NCBI GenBank assembly: GCA_965217775.1
Contig: CBDCJH010000002.1
Coordinates: forward strand, 768,001 to 832,000
Direction: 5' to 3'
Length of the DNA stretch: 64,000 nucleotides
From: Acidobacteriota bacterium
Lineage (GTDB): Bacteria > Acidobacteriota > UBA6911 > RPQK01 > JAJDTT01
In this document: positions 27,782 to 38,744 of the stretch, one piece after another
Layout: each line of letters begins with the position of its first letter
Position numbering within the stretch: the stretch's first letter is position 1
Notes under the pieces: generated by a model
Databases searched by the model: none
What the model was told of the DNA's origin: nothing
Seen by the model: only the letters and a program-made list of their open reading frames with translations
Translations under genes and position numbers: made by a program

Positions 27782-30127
27782 ATGACGTCCGCTCCCGGAC
27801 GTTGCTCGTCCCGCATCCGAACCTTCGGATTCCTGTGGGCTCTGCTCATGGGTGCGGCGGGTCCAGGCGTGCTGGGCCGTCCGGCCCCTCCGCCCGGCGA
27901 CTGGGACGCCAAGATCGGCCCCATCTTCGGCCGTTTCTGCCAGGGTTGCCACGGTGCGGAAAATCCGCAGGGCGGCCTGCGCCTGGACCGGTTCGAGAAC
28001 GCCCTTCGGGGCAGCGACAGCGGCCGGGTGATGGTTGCCGGAAATTCGGCTGGAAGCCGCCTGGTCCGGCGTCTCAGCCTGCCTCTCGACCATCCTGAGA
28101 CCATGCCCCCCAAGGGCCTTCCCCGGCCTGCGGCGGAGCAGATCGCCATGCTGGCCGACTGGATCGACCGCGCGTCCTCCTGGCCGGAACCGGCGGACCT
28201 TGCGGCCGAGAAGGCCTCCGAGCCGGCAATTCCCTATACCGAGCTCCAGGGACCTGCTTCCGAGTTGAAATTCAAGGAGCACATCCACCCCTTTCTGAAA
28301 CACTACTGCTACGGCTGTCATGACAACGCCACACGGGAAGGGGGGCTCGACCTGCAAGAGAGTGTCGAGATGCGGTTCGATGACGAACTGCGGAAATGGC
28401 ACAAGACCTGGGGCAACGTGACCCGGGCCATCACCACCGGATCCATGCCCCATCCTGCCCAGAAGCAGCAGCCGTCGGAACGGGAGCGGGAGCTCTTCGC
28501 CAGGTGGTACGAGCGGGCGCTGGAGGAGAGGGTGACGCCCGAGTCCTCCCGGGCCAGCAATGCCCGTCTGCGGCAGTTGACTCCCTTCGAGTACGACAAC
28601 ACGGTTCGCGACTTGACCGGACTCGACCTGGACCTGAGCCGCCTCACCCAACCGGGGGGCGTGGCCAGCGACGGCGGCTTCGCCAATCGGGGTCATGAGA
28701 TGCAGTTGTCGCCCACCAAGCTGACGCGGTACATGCAAGCGGGCGACCGGATCGCCTCCCACGCCATCCTGGACCCGGACCGGGGTCTCCGATTCGGGCC
28801 GCCGGATTCTGTTGTAACTCCGGATCCGCTTCCGGCCGATGCTTGGCGCACCCGGGCCCTGCACCATCTGCTGGTTTTTGCCGAACGGGCCTACCGCCGG
28901 CCGTTGAGGGAGCCGGAAGTCAGAGGTCTGACCGCTTTTCTGGACAATCGGATCCGGGAGGGGATGGATCGCCAGACCGCCGCCCGCAAGGTGGTGCAGG
29001 GCATTCTGGCCTCGCCCCAGTTCGTCTATCTGGCCGAAGAGCACGGCTGGGAGAGGAAGCAGATCAACTGGAGCGACAAGAAACGGAAGCCGTCCAAGGC
29101 CACCGGGCCGCTTGGGCACCACGCGGTGGCGTCGCGTCTCTCCTACTTCATATGGTCAGGACCGCCTGATTGGGAGCTTTTCCGGCTGGCACTGGAGGAA
29201 CGGCTCCACGACCCGGTTGTCCTGGCGGCCCAGGTGAAGCGAATGCTGCGGGATCCCCGGGCCGCGGCTCTGGCCACCCAGTTCGTGGGCCAGTGGCTCA
29301 GGTTCAACAAGGTGAGGGACCATCTGAACGTCTCGCGGGAGCAGTTCCCCACGTTCTCCGAGTCGCTTCAGGGGGCCATGTACGGAGAGATCCGAAGCTT
29401 CGTCGAGGAGATCATTCGGCAGGATTTGAGCATCCTGAATCTCCTGGACTCGGACTTCACCTTCGTCAACGGAGAGCTCGCCGACTTCTACGGCATGAAG
29501 GGGATCGAAGGCGACGCCTTCCGGAAGGTTTCGTTGTCCGAGAGCGACAGCCGCGGCGGCCTGCTGGGCATGGCGGGCATCCTGAGTCTCACCTCCCACC
29601 CGAATCGCCGCAGCGCCATCGAGCGCGGCGCCTACATCCTGGATGAGATCCTGGGCACGCCCACGCTGCCGCCGCCGGTGGAGACGGGCAAGCTGGAGGA
29701 CTCCCAGGACGGGGACGGGTCCGAGTTGAGTTTGCGCGAGGTGATGGAGAGGCACCGCCAGGACACGCGCTGCGCCGGTTGTCACAACCGCATCGATCCT
29801 CTGGGTTTGGCGCTGGAGGAGTTCGACGCCATCGGACGCCGGCGCCAGGATCCGGTGTCGGATCCCGAGCCATTGCCGGACGGCACCCTGGTGCGGGGTC
29901 TGCAGGACCTGAAGCGCTACCTGCTCCGGGAACATCGGAGGCGGACGTTCGTCCGGAACTTTGCCGAAAATCTGGTCGTATACGCCCTGACCCGGGAGCT
30001 CCAGTCCGGCGACTTCTACACGGTGCTGTCGGTGCGGCGCGCTCTGGAAGAGAACGACTATCGAATCTCCGCTGCGATCGCGGCGGTCGCCACCAGCGAC
30101 GTCTTCTTGCGGCGGTCCGAGGAATAG
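27782..30127 (+). CDS. DUF1587/1588/1592/1595 cytochrome c domain protein
   Basis: CQGCH, CYGCH, EYDNTVRDL, ASRLSYF, CAGCH.RIDPLG. Confidence 0.85.
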   Translation: MTSAPGRCSSRIRTFGFLWALLMGAAGPGVLGRPAPPPGDWDAKIGPIFGRFCQGCHGAENPQGGLRLDRFENALRGSDSGRVMVAGNSAGSRLVRRLSLPLDHPETMPPKGLPRPAAEQIAMLADWIDRASSWPEPADLAAEKASEPAIPYTELQGPASELKFKEHIHPFLKHYCYGCHDNATREGGLDLQESVEMRFDDELRKWHKTWGNVTRAITTGSMPHPAQKQQPSERERELFARWYERALEERVTPESSRASNARLRQLTPFEYDNTVRDLTGLDLDLSRLTQPGGVASDGGFANRGHEMQLSPTKLTRYMQAGDRIASHAILDPDRGLRFGPPDSVVTPDPLPADAWRTRALHHLLVFAERAYRRPLREPEVRGLTAFLDNRIREGMDRQTAARKVVQGILASPQFVYLAEEHGWERKQINWSDKKRKPSKATGPLGHHAVASRLSYFIWSGPPDWELFRLALEERLHDPVVLAAQVKRMLRDPRAAALATQFVGQWLRFNKVRDHLNVSREQFPTFSESLQGAMYGEIRSFVEEIIRQDLSILNLLDSDFTFVNGELADFYGMKGIEGDAFRKVSLSESDSRGGLLGMAGILSLTSHPNRRSAIERGAYILDEILGTPTLPPPVETGKLEDSQDGDGSELSLREVMERHRQDTRCAGCHNRIDPLGLALEEFDAIGRRRQDPVSDPEPLPDGTLVRGLQDLKRYLLREHRRRTFVRNFAENLVVYALTRELQSGDFYTVLSVRRALEENDYRISAAIAAVATSDVFLRRSEE

Positions 30128-30175
30128 GCAGGAACTCGAAACAGCATCACCGGCTCCCGGACGGCGCGCCGGAAT

Positions 30176-30844
<669 letters not shown>

Positions 30845-30875
30845 CAGGAGGGGCGATTTCCAATCCCGTCTTCCC

Positions 30876-31116
30876 CTCAGTCAAGAACTACTAAACATTA
30901 ATGTTTTCAGCAACTTACCGGGTTCTTCGCCGAATCGGTAAAGTGGTTGGCTCCCTATGTTTGGCGTCCTGAACAGGCACCAAACAGGCAGCAGCATCGG
31001 CTCTCGAAAGCTGACTCACTCTTCCTATTTTCTCTTGTTCCCCAGGTTCGGAACACTTGGTGCTTGCGCTGGGTCGTTCTTAGGCCAGCACCGCGGGGCA
31101 ACGCTCGAACCCTCAG
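30876..31116 (+). repeat. Island left-end sequence, copy 1
   Basis: About 240-bp diverged direct repeat of 32615-32846; first ~30 bp also match 57816 onward. Confidence 0.85.
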
Positions 31117-31297
31117 TATCTCGTCCCCCAGCACCTGCACCGCACTGTCGTTGGTCTCCAGTGCATCGTAGAAGTGCAGGTCAACCGGCCTTCAAAGGCC
31201 AGATCTGAAGGGGAAGTGGAGGAAGATCATTATTGGCCCCTTCTGATACCCTCTCCCACGTTTTGGTCCCCAACGAGGAGGATCGGATCTCATTCTG

Positions 31298-32608
31298 ATG
31301 GGAGAGGGAGAGGAGGAGATTGACATGGAACATCTCGCCGTGACACCCGGGGACGACCGTGGGGATGCTGGGGAGCGACAGCGAGAGCTTCTTCTTTCCT
31401 GTTTCGCCAGGAGCCGCCTTTGGATCTGTGCCTGTTGCCTCGTCCTTACGGGACTATTCGTCAGTGCTCAAGAGCCCGACGAAGAGATCCCCTACCAGCT
31501 CAAACACTACGCGTTGCAGCCCGAGATCGTGTTTCCGCATTTTCTCCCCGATACGCGCCTGGTCATCATCAACAGCGAGAGCAGCGACACGCCCCGGGCC
31601 GGAGAATACGAAGGGGCGGCCTTCGATCCGACTCCGTGGTACGAAATCTATGACCACACAGGGCGACGTCGATATGGGGGGTCTCTGTTCGTATCCGGCT
31701 ATGGCGTGCGAGATCGAGTCTTGGTGCGGCAACGAGACCTTCGCGCCCGGTCTTTTCACGGAACCTTGGTCATCAAGGGCTATACCATCGGCCTCCGAAC
31801 GTCCCTGGTCTACGAAAACCTGGGCTTCAAGATGTCCGCCCGGTCCGCGACACTGGCCCGTGCGAGCCGGATATTCGTCAGCCGGAACCCGCGCGAGAAG
31901 ACCGGGCTCGCCATCTACAACGCCTCTCCCAATCCCGCCACCATCAGCTTGGTCTTGTATTTGGACGACGGGCAGCATCCCGGCGGAGTCCCCGTGGAGG
32001 AGTACGAGGCGGTGGTCAGGACGCTTGCGCCGCGAGAAAAATTTGTGGACTACCTGTCCAACCTGCCGGAGTTCGAGCCTTACCTTGAAGCGAGAGGATC
32101 GTTCACTGGCCACGTCCTTGTTGGCTCAACGGAGGCCTTTGCGGCGATTGGCATTCTCCAAGACCCCGTCACCGGGGCGATCTCGACCGTCGAGCCCGAT
32201 GTCGTCCGGCGGCCCCTTCGCAGAGAGGTTCCGGCATGGTATGCGAGCAAATCCACGGAGCAGTATGAAATCGCCGTCACCGTCGCGACCGAACCGCACT
32301 GGATCACAGGAGAAAGATGGTGGACGAAGGCGACGATCGGAGTTCTTCGGGACTCAGAAGGGTGGAAATATCCGTATCAGGTAGAGATTGGGCTCTTGGA
32401 CTCGGCGGGGAAGAGAGTCACCTGGACCTACGTTGACACTCGCCCGTCCATCCACGATGGACATCCTGATTTGCAGCGTCACGGCGGCAAGTTTTATCCC
32501 CTCCGCCCGTTCCGTATTCTCCAGCACCATGTGGCACGGGTGCAGGACATCCGAATCGACAAGGTTTGGAGACGGCAAGGGGACCGGTGGGTCGTGATCG
32601 AGGATTGA
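31298..32608 (+). CDS. Hypothetical secreted/surface protein
   Basis: Hydrophobic signal-like segment and TGLAIYN beta-rich domain; the true start may be downstream. Confidence 0.6.
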   Translation: MGEGEEEIDMEHLAVTPGDDRGDAGERQRELLLSCFARSRLWICACCLVLTGLFVSAQEPDEEIPYQLKHYALQPEIVFPHFLPDTRLVIINSESSDTPRAGEYEGAAFDPTPWYEIYDHTGRRRYGGSLFVSGYGVRDRVLVRQRDLRARSFHGTLVIKGYTIGLRTSLVYENLGFKMSARSATLARASRIFVSRNPREKTGLAIYNASPNPATISLVLYLDDGQHPGGVPVEEYEAVVRTLAPREKFVDYLSNLPEFEPYLEARGSFTGHVLVGSTEAFAAIGILQDPVTGAISTVEPDVVRRPLRREVPAWYASKSTEQYEIAVTVATEPHWITGERWWTKATIGVLRDSEGWKYPYQVEIGLLDSAGKRVTWTYVDTRPSIHDGHPDLQRHGGKFYPLRPFRILQHHVARVQDIRIDKVWRRQGDRWVVIED

Positions 32609-32614
32609 CTGTCC

Positions 32615-32846
32615 CTCAGTCATTAACTATCGAACGTTAACTGTTTCAGTCATTTAACGGGTTCTTCGCCGGATCGGTAAAGTGGTTGACTCCCTATGTT
32701 TGACGTGCTGAACAGGCAGCAGAATCGGTTCCTGAAAGCTGACTCACTCTTCCCATTTTCTCTAGTTTCCCAGGTTCGGAACACATGGTGCTTGCGCTGC
32801 GTCGATCTTAGGCCAGCACCGCAGGGAAACACTTGAACCCTGACAG
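32615..32846 (+). repeat. Island left-end sequence, copy 2
   Basis: Direct repeat of 30876-31116. Confidence 0.85.
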
Positions 32847-33129
32847 ACTCGTGGTCCATTGACAACGGGTTCCCCGGCGCGTGTGCCGGGGGGCGGTGGG
32901 GAAGATCCGACGCTACTTCGCGCTCAAGCCGCCGAATGCCGTCGAGGCCAACCGGACCGTCTTCGTCCGTGTCGATCCGGGGCATTCGACCGACCAGGGC
33001 CTGCTCAACGCCTACGGCGGAGTGGCGGCCGCCCTGAAGCGGGCGGTCGAGGGGCAGCCAGCGGCGGAGGGTCGCTCCTTCCAGGTCGTGATTGACGGTG
33101 AACACACTGGGCAGTCGCAAAGGCTGATG

Positions 33130-33678
33130 GAGGCTCGTTTCGGCTGTGCGTCAAGGGGGTCTCGTGGCCGATCCGGGAGTGTGAATGGGACAAGCCGGGT
33201 GGATTCACAAATGGCGGTCCCGGTGATTCACAAAGACGCTTCCCCCGATCATTTTGCCTTTCATGCCGTTACGGCCCCACTGAAGCGGCCGTTCATGTTG
33301 CAACCGGTGGTCGAGGATCGCTCCGTCCAGGTCGTGATTGACGGTGAACGCACTGGGCAGTCGCAAAGGCTTATGGAGGCTCGTTTCGGCAGTGTGTCGA
33401 GGGGGTCTCGTGGCCGATCGGGGAGTGTAAGTGAGTCAGCGGGGGTCACTTACATCATGAGAGCTTTCCCCCTTACACAGGCGAATTCCCCGATCTCCCT
33501 TTCCTGCTTGTGGTTACGCCCAGATCCACGAACGGCGGCGCCCGCACGGGGAAATCGGAGGTGGACGGGAGCGACCCCCCCCTTTTTGCTGCCCGGATCG
33601 GGCACGGCGGCGCGGCGCAATTCACATTGCGCCAACGCCCCCTCGGGGAGGTCGCTCCCGTCCCAAGTATCCCTGCGG
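33130..33678 (+). repeat. oriT-like module: one partial and one complete copy in tandem
   Basis: ~120-bp tandem duplication, hexamer triplets, then the cloverleaf GACGGGAGCGACC...GGTCGCTCCCGTC. Confidence 0.7.
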
Positions 33679-34028
33679 ACTGCTTCTCTAAAGTCCATAA
33701 CCCATTCTCTATAAAAGAGTTATGAGATTTCCAACACCACTCTTCCCCCCATTCTTTCCACCGGGATGAATCGGATGTCTTTGGCCCTTCATGGCCGTGA
33801 ACGGACGTAACCGTTCGGCCAGACCGTGAATGGAGTGGACTTCCACTCCGACTAGTCGTGGCTTGATTGGTGCGGTCCGTGTTCGGAGCGGGCGTGCGGA
33901 TCAGGTTGACGAGAACCTCGGCAGTTGGCGCAGAGGATACGTCATTGCGCTGGAAGGCTCGTCCAAGATGTTGGAATGCGATGATGTTGAAACGCAAGCC
34001 GCTTCCTCTCATTCGCCTGATAGTGAAC

Positions 34029-34739
34029 ATGACTCCTGCCGAACGCGTCGATCAGCGCACTTGGTCCACGCTCGGTTGTGCCCAACAACTTCGGGTCCGT
34101 TTCGGCGAAGAAACGCTGACCGATTTGCTCGTGCTTGACATGCTTCCACACCAGCGCACCAGGGGCTTTTGGCTCTCTCCAACTACGAAGCATGCCGAGC
34201 ATCGGCACGGTGCCGACCTCCTTGTTGCCGAGCGATATCACACCGGCCGCTGGTCCCGCTTCGCGCTTCAGGCTAAAAAGCTGTACCCGAACGACAAATA
34301 CCCGATGTTGAACGGGGGGCCGAAGTACCACAGCCAATTGGACAAGCTCGACGTGTTCGCGCGGCAGCTACACGCCCTGCCCCTTTACTTGCTCTACAAC
34401 CACTCGAACACCGTACAGCCTTCCAAGCACTGGCACTGCTCGCAGCCTTTCGACGTAGGTCAACTGGGTTGCACGCTTGTCCCGAGTTGGCACATTCGGC
34501 GCATGACTTCCCGTCCGCTCCCTCGGAATTTCGACCTGGCTCACAAAGTCAGTCAGGCCAAACCATGGCGCTACGCCTTCGATTGTCCCGACGCCGAGAC
34601 ATCACTCATCCAAATGGCGTTTCGCACTCGGCATCGAGACCCGAATACACCGCCCGCCGGGCACCGTCAGTACGACTGGCCCTGTCAACCGATGAAAGCT
34701 GCTTGGCCTGAAAGGCTGTTTCGCAAATCGATGACATAG
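34029..34739 (+). CDS. DUF6615-like restriction-endonuclease-fold protein
   Basis: GEETLTDLL, E..HGAD, ALQAKKL and PLYLLYN pattern; the 3' end may be frameshifted. Confidence 0.55.
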   Translation: MTPAERVDQRTWSTLGCAQQLRVRFGEETLTDLLVLDMLPHQRTRGFWLSPTTKHAEHRHGADLLVAERYHTGRWSRFALQAKKLYPNDKYPMLNGGPKYHSQLDKLDVFARQLHALPLYLLYNHSNTVQPSKHWHCSQPFDVGQLGCTLVPSWHIRRMTSRPLPRNFDLAHKVSQAKPWRYAFDCPDAETSLIQMAFRTRHRDPNTPPAGHRQYDWPCQPMKAAWPERLFRKSMT

Positions 34740-35196
34740 CTGATGAGGGAAGATGTGGACAAAATCCGACGCGAACTGACTGGGTTCTACCGTTGCGGTG
34801 CCAATGACGGGCCAATAGAATCTTTCAGATATGATGAGAGGTGGTTGTATCCGGCGCGACTCCTCCTAGTTGATCGGTCGAAGGAACCGTAAGTGCGGTC
34901 TCGTGAGCCTCAGCCGCCAGAGCAGGACGTCAAGACCATGGATCACTTCTACCGACAGGTGAGGCTTGGCGCGCACAACCGACCGGTTTCTGTTGATAGC
35001 CACCGGCAGGTGAGCCGGATTGTTAGCAGGACAAAGCCATGGACTTCTCGACGCTGCTCGAAAACAAGGTGCTTCTGGCCGCCATTTCAGGCCTATCGGG
35101 CGTTGTCTTAACGCTGATTACCCAGCGGATTCTAGGGAAGCGCGGACTGTTCACCTACTTTGGGGGATTATATACGAAAGTGCCGAAACCTGAGCA

Positions 35197-35379
35197 TTAA
35201 CGCCGGTTCCGTGGCCGGTCTATCCATCTGATATTCACGGGCTGGACCAATGCACGGGCCAGCTCCTCGAAGTCTGCTTCCACGCGCATATCCGGTTCCA
35301 GTTCGGCCTTGGTCGGTTGGTAGGAATCCTTGACCAGTTCGATGGTGGGATGTTGGGGATTGTGTCTGGGTTTCTTCAT
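35197..35379 (-). CDS. Small IS1595 passenger protein
   Basis: 60-aa ORF translationally coupled to the upstream passenger and ending near the IR. Confidence 0.5.
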   Translation of the reverse strand: MKKPRHNPQHPTIELVKDSYQPTKAELEPDMRVEADFEELARALVQPVNIRWIDRPRNRR

Positions 35380-35881
35380 GCGGCCCTCGGCATCCTAGGT
35401 TGTTTCCCCTCAAAGTAGTCTTCCGCCGTGTAGATTTGAATCTTGGGCAGGTCCATGAAGCGTCCGGCGTTGACGGCGGCATTTCTCATGCCGTTGGTCA
35501 CTCGGTCTCGAAAGCAGGTGAAGATGCCGAGATCAGCTCCGGCCTGTCGACGTGCGCCGTTGAAGGCTTGGACGTGTCCGGGATTGGTAGAGCCGCCTTT
35601 GACCTGAGAAACGATGTCAATGAACCGGCCCTTGCGGATCGGGAGCCGTCCCACGCCGTCAATTCCGCCATCCCGTCTCTGGATTCGGTTCGGCTCCGTA
35701 CCCTCCACCAGAGCAGCAGCCCACCTCTCAAACCGGAATTTATCGATGCTGGCAAGCTCCTGAGCGTGTGTGATGGTATGGGGAAGGCCAATGTCTTGGG
35801 TGTGTTCCCAACGGATTCATCCGGGACATCCTCCCGCATGACTTCAAGGTGGTCTCCAAAGCTCAGTCGATTTTCGTTCAA
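35376..35881 (-). pseudogene. Internally deleted DNA methyltransferase/Mrr-like passenger
   Basis: N-terminus NRLSFGDHLEVMREDVPDESV (MTase start) and, in another frame, RDGGIDG...VSQVKGG (Mrr-like motif). Confidence 0.6.
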
Positions 35882-36828
35882 CCCACCAAATCCTTGTAAC
35901 GCAGCCGCTTTCCCACCATCCGGTCAGCGACCAGGGCCATTTGATCCAACGTGTCCATGCGCCTTAGGTTGTGACGTGCGGCAAACTCTCCAACGTATCG
36001 GTCGGTGTGCTGTTCCGAGAAGTGGTGAAAGGTTCCGTGGTAACTCCGCTTCAACATCGACCAGAACGATTCGGCTCCGTTGGTGTGGCAGTTGCCTTTG
36101 ACGTACTCCTGAAGAGAATGCTTGACCGTCTCGTGATTGACAAGCCGGCCGTAAGAGGTTGAATCGTCGGTGTAGATCTTGGCATCTTCTCCCACGTGCT
36201 CCAAGACGAAACGGGAGAGGGTTTCAGACTTGGTGTCAGGGACGACTCGGGCCGACACTTGGTTGGAGGGGCGATCTTTGACGGCAGCCACGGCCGTCTT
36301 TCCAACGGCTCCACGTCCCTCCAGTTTGGCGCGTTTGGCCTTCGGCATATTCTTCCGCTTTCCGCCGAGATACGCCTCGTCAGCCTCGACCGGGCCGGAG
36401 AACAGGGCCATTCCAGTCAGGTTCAGACCTTTCCGTATCCGGTGAGCAAGGTGCCAAGCCGTCTTCTGTGTTACGTCCAGGTCACGATGCAGCTTCATGG
36501 AGGAAACGCTCTTGAGGCTGGTAGTAAGGAGGTAGGTCGCAAGCAACCAAGTCTGATAGCCGAGTTTGGAGGACTGCATAACCGTCCCGACCCGGACGCT
36601 GAACCGCTTGCCGCAATCGCGGCAACGATACGGCATGGAAGGATGCTTGGCTCCGGTCTGGACGTTGGTGGAGCCGCAATGGACGCAACAGACTTCCTCC
36701 GGCCACCGCCGCTTTATGAACCATTCCTCAGCGGCTTTATCGTCGGGAAATCTCTTGAAGAATCCGCGCAGTGAAAGTCCCTCTCGGAACGCCTTTCCGG
36801 GTGCCTTGTTCCGTGTCTCGTAACTCAT
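35878..36828 (-). CDS. IS1595 family DDE transposase
   Basis: Zn ribbon CVHCGS..YRCRDC, VEADEAYLGG, IYTDD, HTNGAESFWS. Confidence 0.93.
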   Translation of the reverse strand: MSYETRNKAPGKAFREGLSLRGFFKRFPDDKAAEEWFIKRRWPEEVCCVHCGSTNVQTGAKHPSMPYRCRDCGKRFSVRVGTVMQSSKLGYQTWLLATYLLTTSLKSVSSMKLHRDLDVTQKTAWHLAHRIRKGLNLTGMALFSGPVEADEAYLGGKRKNMPKAKRAKLEGRGAVGKTAVAAVKDRPSNQVSARVVPDTKSETLSRFVLEHVGEDAKIYTDDSTSYGRLVNHETVKHSLQEYVKGNCHTNGAESFWSMLKRSYHGTFHHFSEQHTDRYVGEFAARHNLRRMDTLDQMALVADRMVGKRLRYKDLVG

Positions 36829-37608
36829 TGCATCCTCCTGACTTACAAGACATATTCTATAGGAAAGTACCGGGATTGTCAACCCCTACGGGAAACCTTT
36901 TCGGCACTTTCGTATATAATCCCCCTACTTTGTGTGGCACAACCGTGTCGGCGTATCAGCCGACGACGCGGTATTCGGGACCGTAGGCGTCACTTGGAAC
37001 AGCAACGTAGTGCCAAACCTGTACTCATCGACAGTTGAGCTGAGAAACGAAAGTCTCGCTGACTACCAGAACGTCGTCGTGCGCGTGTTCTCGAACGACA
37101 CGCGCCTCTTGTCAGAACGCGCGGACTTGATGGGAACGACCCGCACCCTGGAATGGAGCGAGGAGTTCTCCCGTCGGTTGGCAGTCCAGCCAGGAACCCA
37201 GCCGACGGCGGGCCAGATGGTTCTATACGGGCGCCAGCGCGAATACGCCGTGCCGACGATGAATCGTGGTCAGATCGTGCGTCTGACGTTTCTGAATGCG
37301 CCTGACGGTGAGGCTCAGCCCACGATTTGGCTCGACATCGTTCATCCCGGTGTGAAGACCCGGTTCCGAGTGCCACATCAGCAGTTTCTTGGGACGCCGC
37401 AGCCCATCGCCGCGCTCATCGGCGCGGCTCTGGGTGTTCCCTTCCTGCTCGTAGTCGTCGCCTTGACCGACGTGGCCTGGGCCGCTGGGGTTCTGTGCTT
37501 ACTCTATGGGGTCTGCGTCGTCTTCCCGGGCGCGTACTTTATCAAGGCGTGGCGGGGGATCAGAGAGTTGGTCGGTGGATGATAGGGGGCACCGGCGCCG
37601 AAGGGCGC

Positions 37609-37690
37609 GTGCTAGCCTCGCGATGACGCCGACGCCGCGCGGCCATCGCGTGACGAAGCCGCTCGGCGCAGCTTATCGCGAACGTTGGGC
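37609..37690 (+). repeat. Putative integron attC site (degenerate R'')
   Basis: GTGCTAGC-CTCGCGATGACGCCGACGCCG...CGGCGCAGCTTATCGCGAAC-GTTGGGC imperfect palindrome ending in GTTRRRY. Confidence 0.6.
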
Positions 37691-37704
37691 CTCTCGGTGA
37701 ACCG

Positions 37705-38637
37705 ATGGCGAGTGACGACAAGAGGGAACCGGCGCCGCCGGACGACGATTGCGTCGTTCCTTCTCACCCAGTTCCGGCGGGCGAACTAAGCCGCTACTCT
37801 GTGGAAGGCGACTCGCACTCGGAAAGCGACATCGCCAACTACGTTAATGGCCAGGCTCTGGATCAGACCGTCTTGCATGTCGAGAAGATCAAGGAAGCAA
37901 TAGTCCTCGGTGAGGCCTATGAGATATGGGATGTAACCACCGACAAAGATCGGTGGTGGGTCCTGACCAATCTAACCAATCTATACTCTCAACGTCATTT
38001 TCCAAGCCTCGACTACACGCTGTCGTTTCACATTGGACTCATGGCCAGACTGCGCAGTCGCTCAGATCGGGTAGACGGAACCGATCCGACGCCGTTTGAC
38101 GAAGTGTTTAGGCGTATCGATCAGGCCGAGTGCAGGTTTGAGCGAGCAGTCGAGCCCGATGAGTTTCAGGCAGTCGGCATGCACCTAAGGGAAAGCCTGA
38201 TATCGCTGATTTACGCAACGAGGCGTCGTGCGGAGCTCCCCGCGAAGATCGAGCTCCCGCAAGGGGCCAACTTCGTCTCGTGGTCAGAGCTGCTGATGAA
38301 TCATCTGTGCAGCGGGAGCAGCAACAAGAAGCTGCGGCAACACCTCAAGAACATCTCGAAGGACACATGGCAGCTCGTGAACTGGCTCACACATGACAGG
38401 AGTGCGAATAAGACTGCGGCATCCGTTGCGATCCATTCGTGCCAAACAACCATTGGTCACTTCATTCAGGTCCTCGAACGAAGCCGGACGGACAAGACTG
38501 AGGAGTGCCCGGTCTGCAAGTCGCGCAACATCAGGACCCACTTCGATCTCGCGATTCAACCGGACGGCGACTACTATTTGAGCTGTGGAGCATGTGCCTG
38601 GACGAATCATCCTGGTCAGGCGCACGACGAGGTCTAA
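37705..38637 (+). CDS. Hypothetical cassette protein with a C-terminal Zn ribbon
   Basis: CPVC...CGAC; stop codon lies within the attC inverse core GTCTAAC. Confidence 0.75.
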   Translation: MASDDKREPAPPDDDCVVPSHPVPAGELSRYSVEGDSHSESDIANYVNGQALDQTVLHVEKIKEAIVLGEAYEIWDVTTDKDRWWVLTNLTNLYSQRHFPSLDYTLSFHIGLMARLRSRSDRVDGTDPTPFDEVFRRIDQAECRFERAVEPDEFQAVGMHLRESLISLIYATRRRAELPAKIELPQGANFVSWSELLMNHLCSGSSNKKLRQHLKNISKDTWQLVNWLTHDRSANKTAASVAIHSCQTTIGHFIQVLERSRTDKTEECPVCKSRNIRTHFDLAIQPDGDYYLSCGACAWTNHPGQAHDEV

Positions 38638-38701
38638 CACGGCGTGCAGATGACAGCGCGAGGGATCGCGAGCGCGCTGCGGCTGATGCCTGACGTTGCG
38701 C
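38632..38701 (+). repeat. Putative integron attC site
   Basis: GTCTAAC-ACGGCGTGCAGATGACAGCGCG...CGCGCTGCGGCTGATGCCTGAC-GTTGCGC. Confidence 0.7.
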
Positions 38702-38744
38702 CGAAATCAAGAGCACGAGCGGTGGCCGGCGTGAGGATGAAGCA

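Larger units (their letters stand above)
35163..36924 (-). mobile_element. IS1595-family element with passenger genes
   Basis: Perfect 26-bp IR GGGGATTATATACGAAAGTGCCGAAA; 8-bp TSD CTACTTTG at 35155-35162 and 36925-36932. Confidence 0.95.
35039..37582 (+). pseudogene. Cassette-borne membrane protein interrupted by IS1595
   Basis: Removing the IS and one TSD joins MDFSTLLENK...RGLFTYF to VWHNRVGV in frame. Confidence 0.85.

Noticed and set aside
32881-33714. 277-aa ORF with an internal repeat
   Set aside because: It reads through the non-coding tandem module; only the first part may be a gene remnant.
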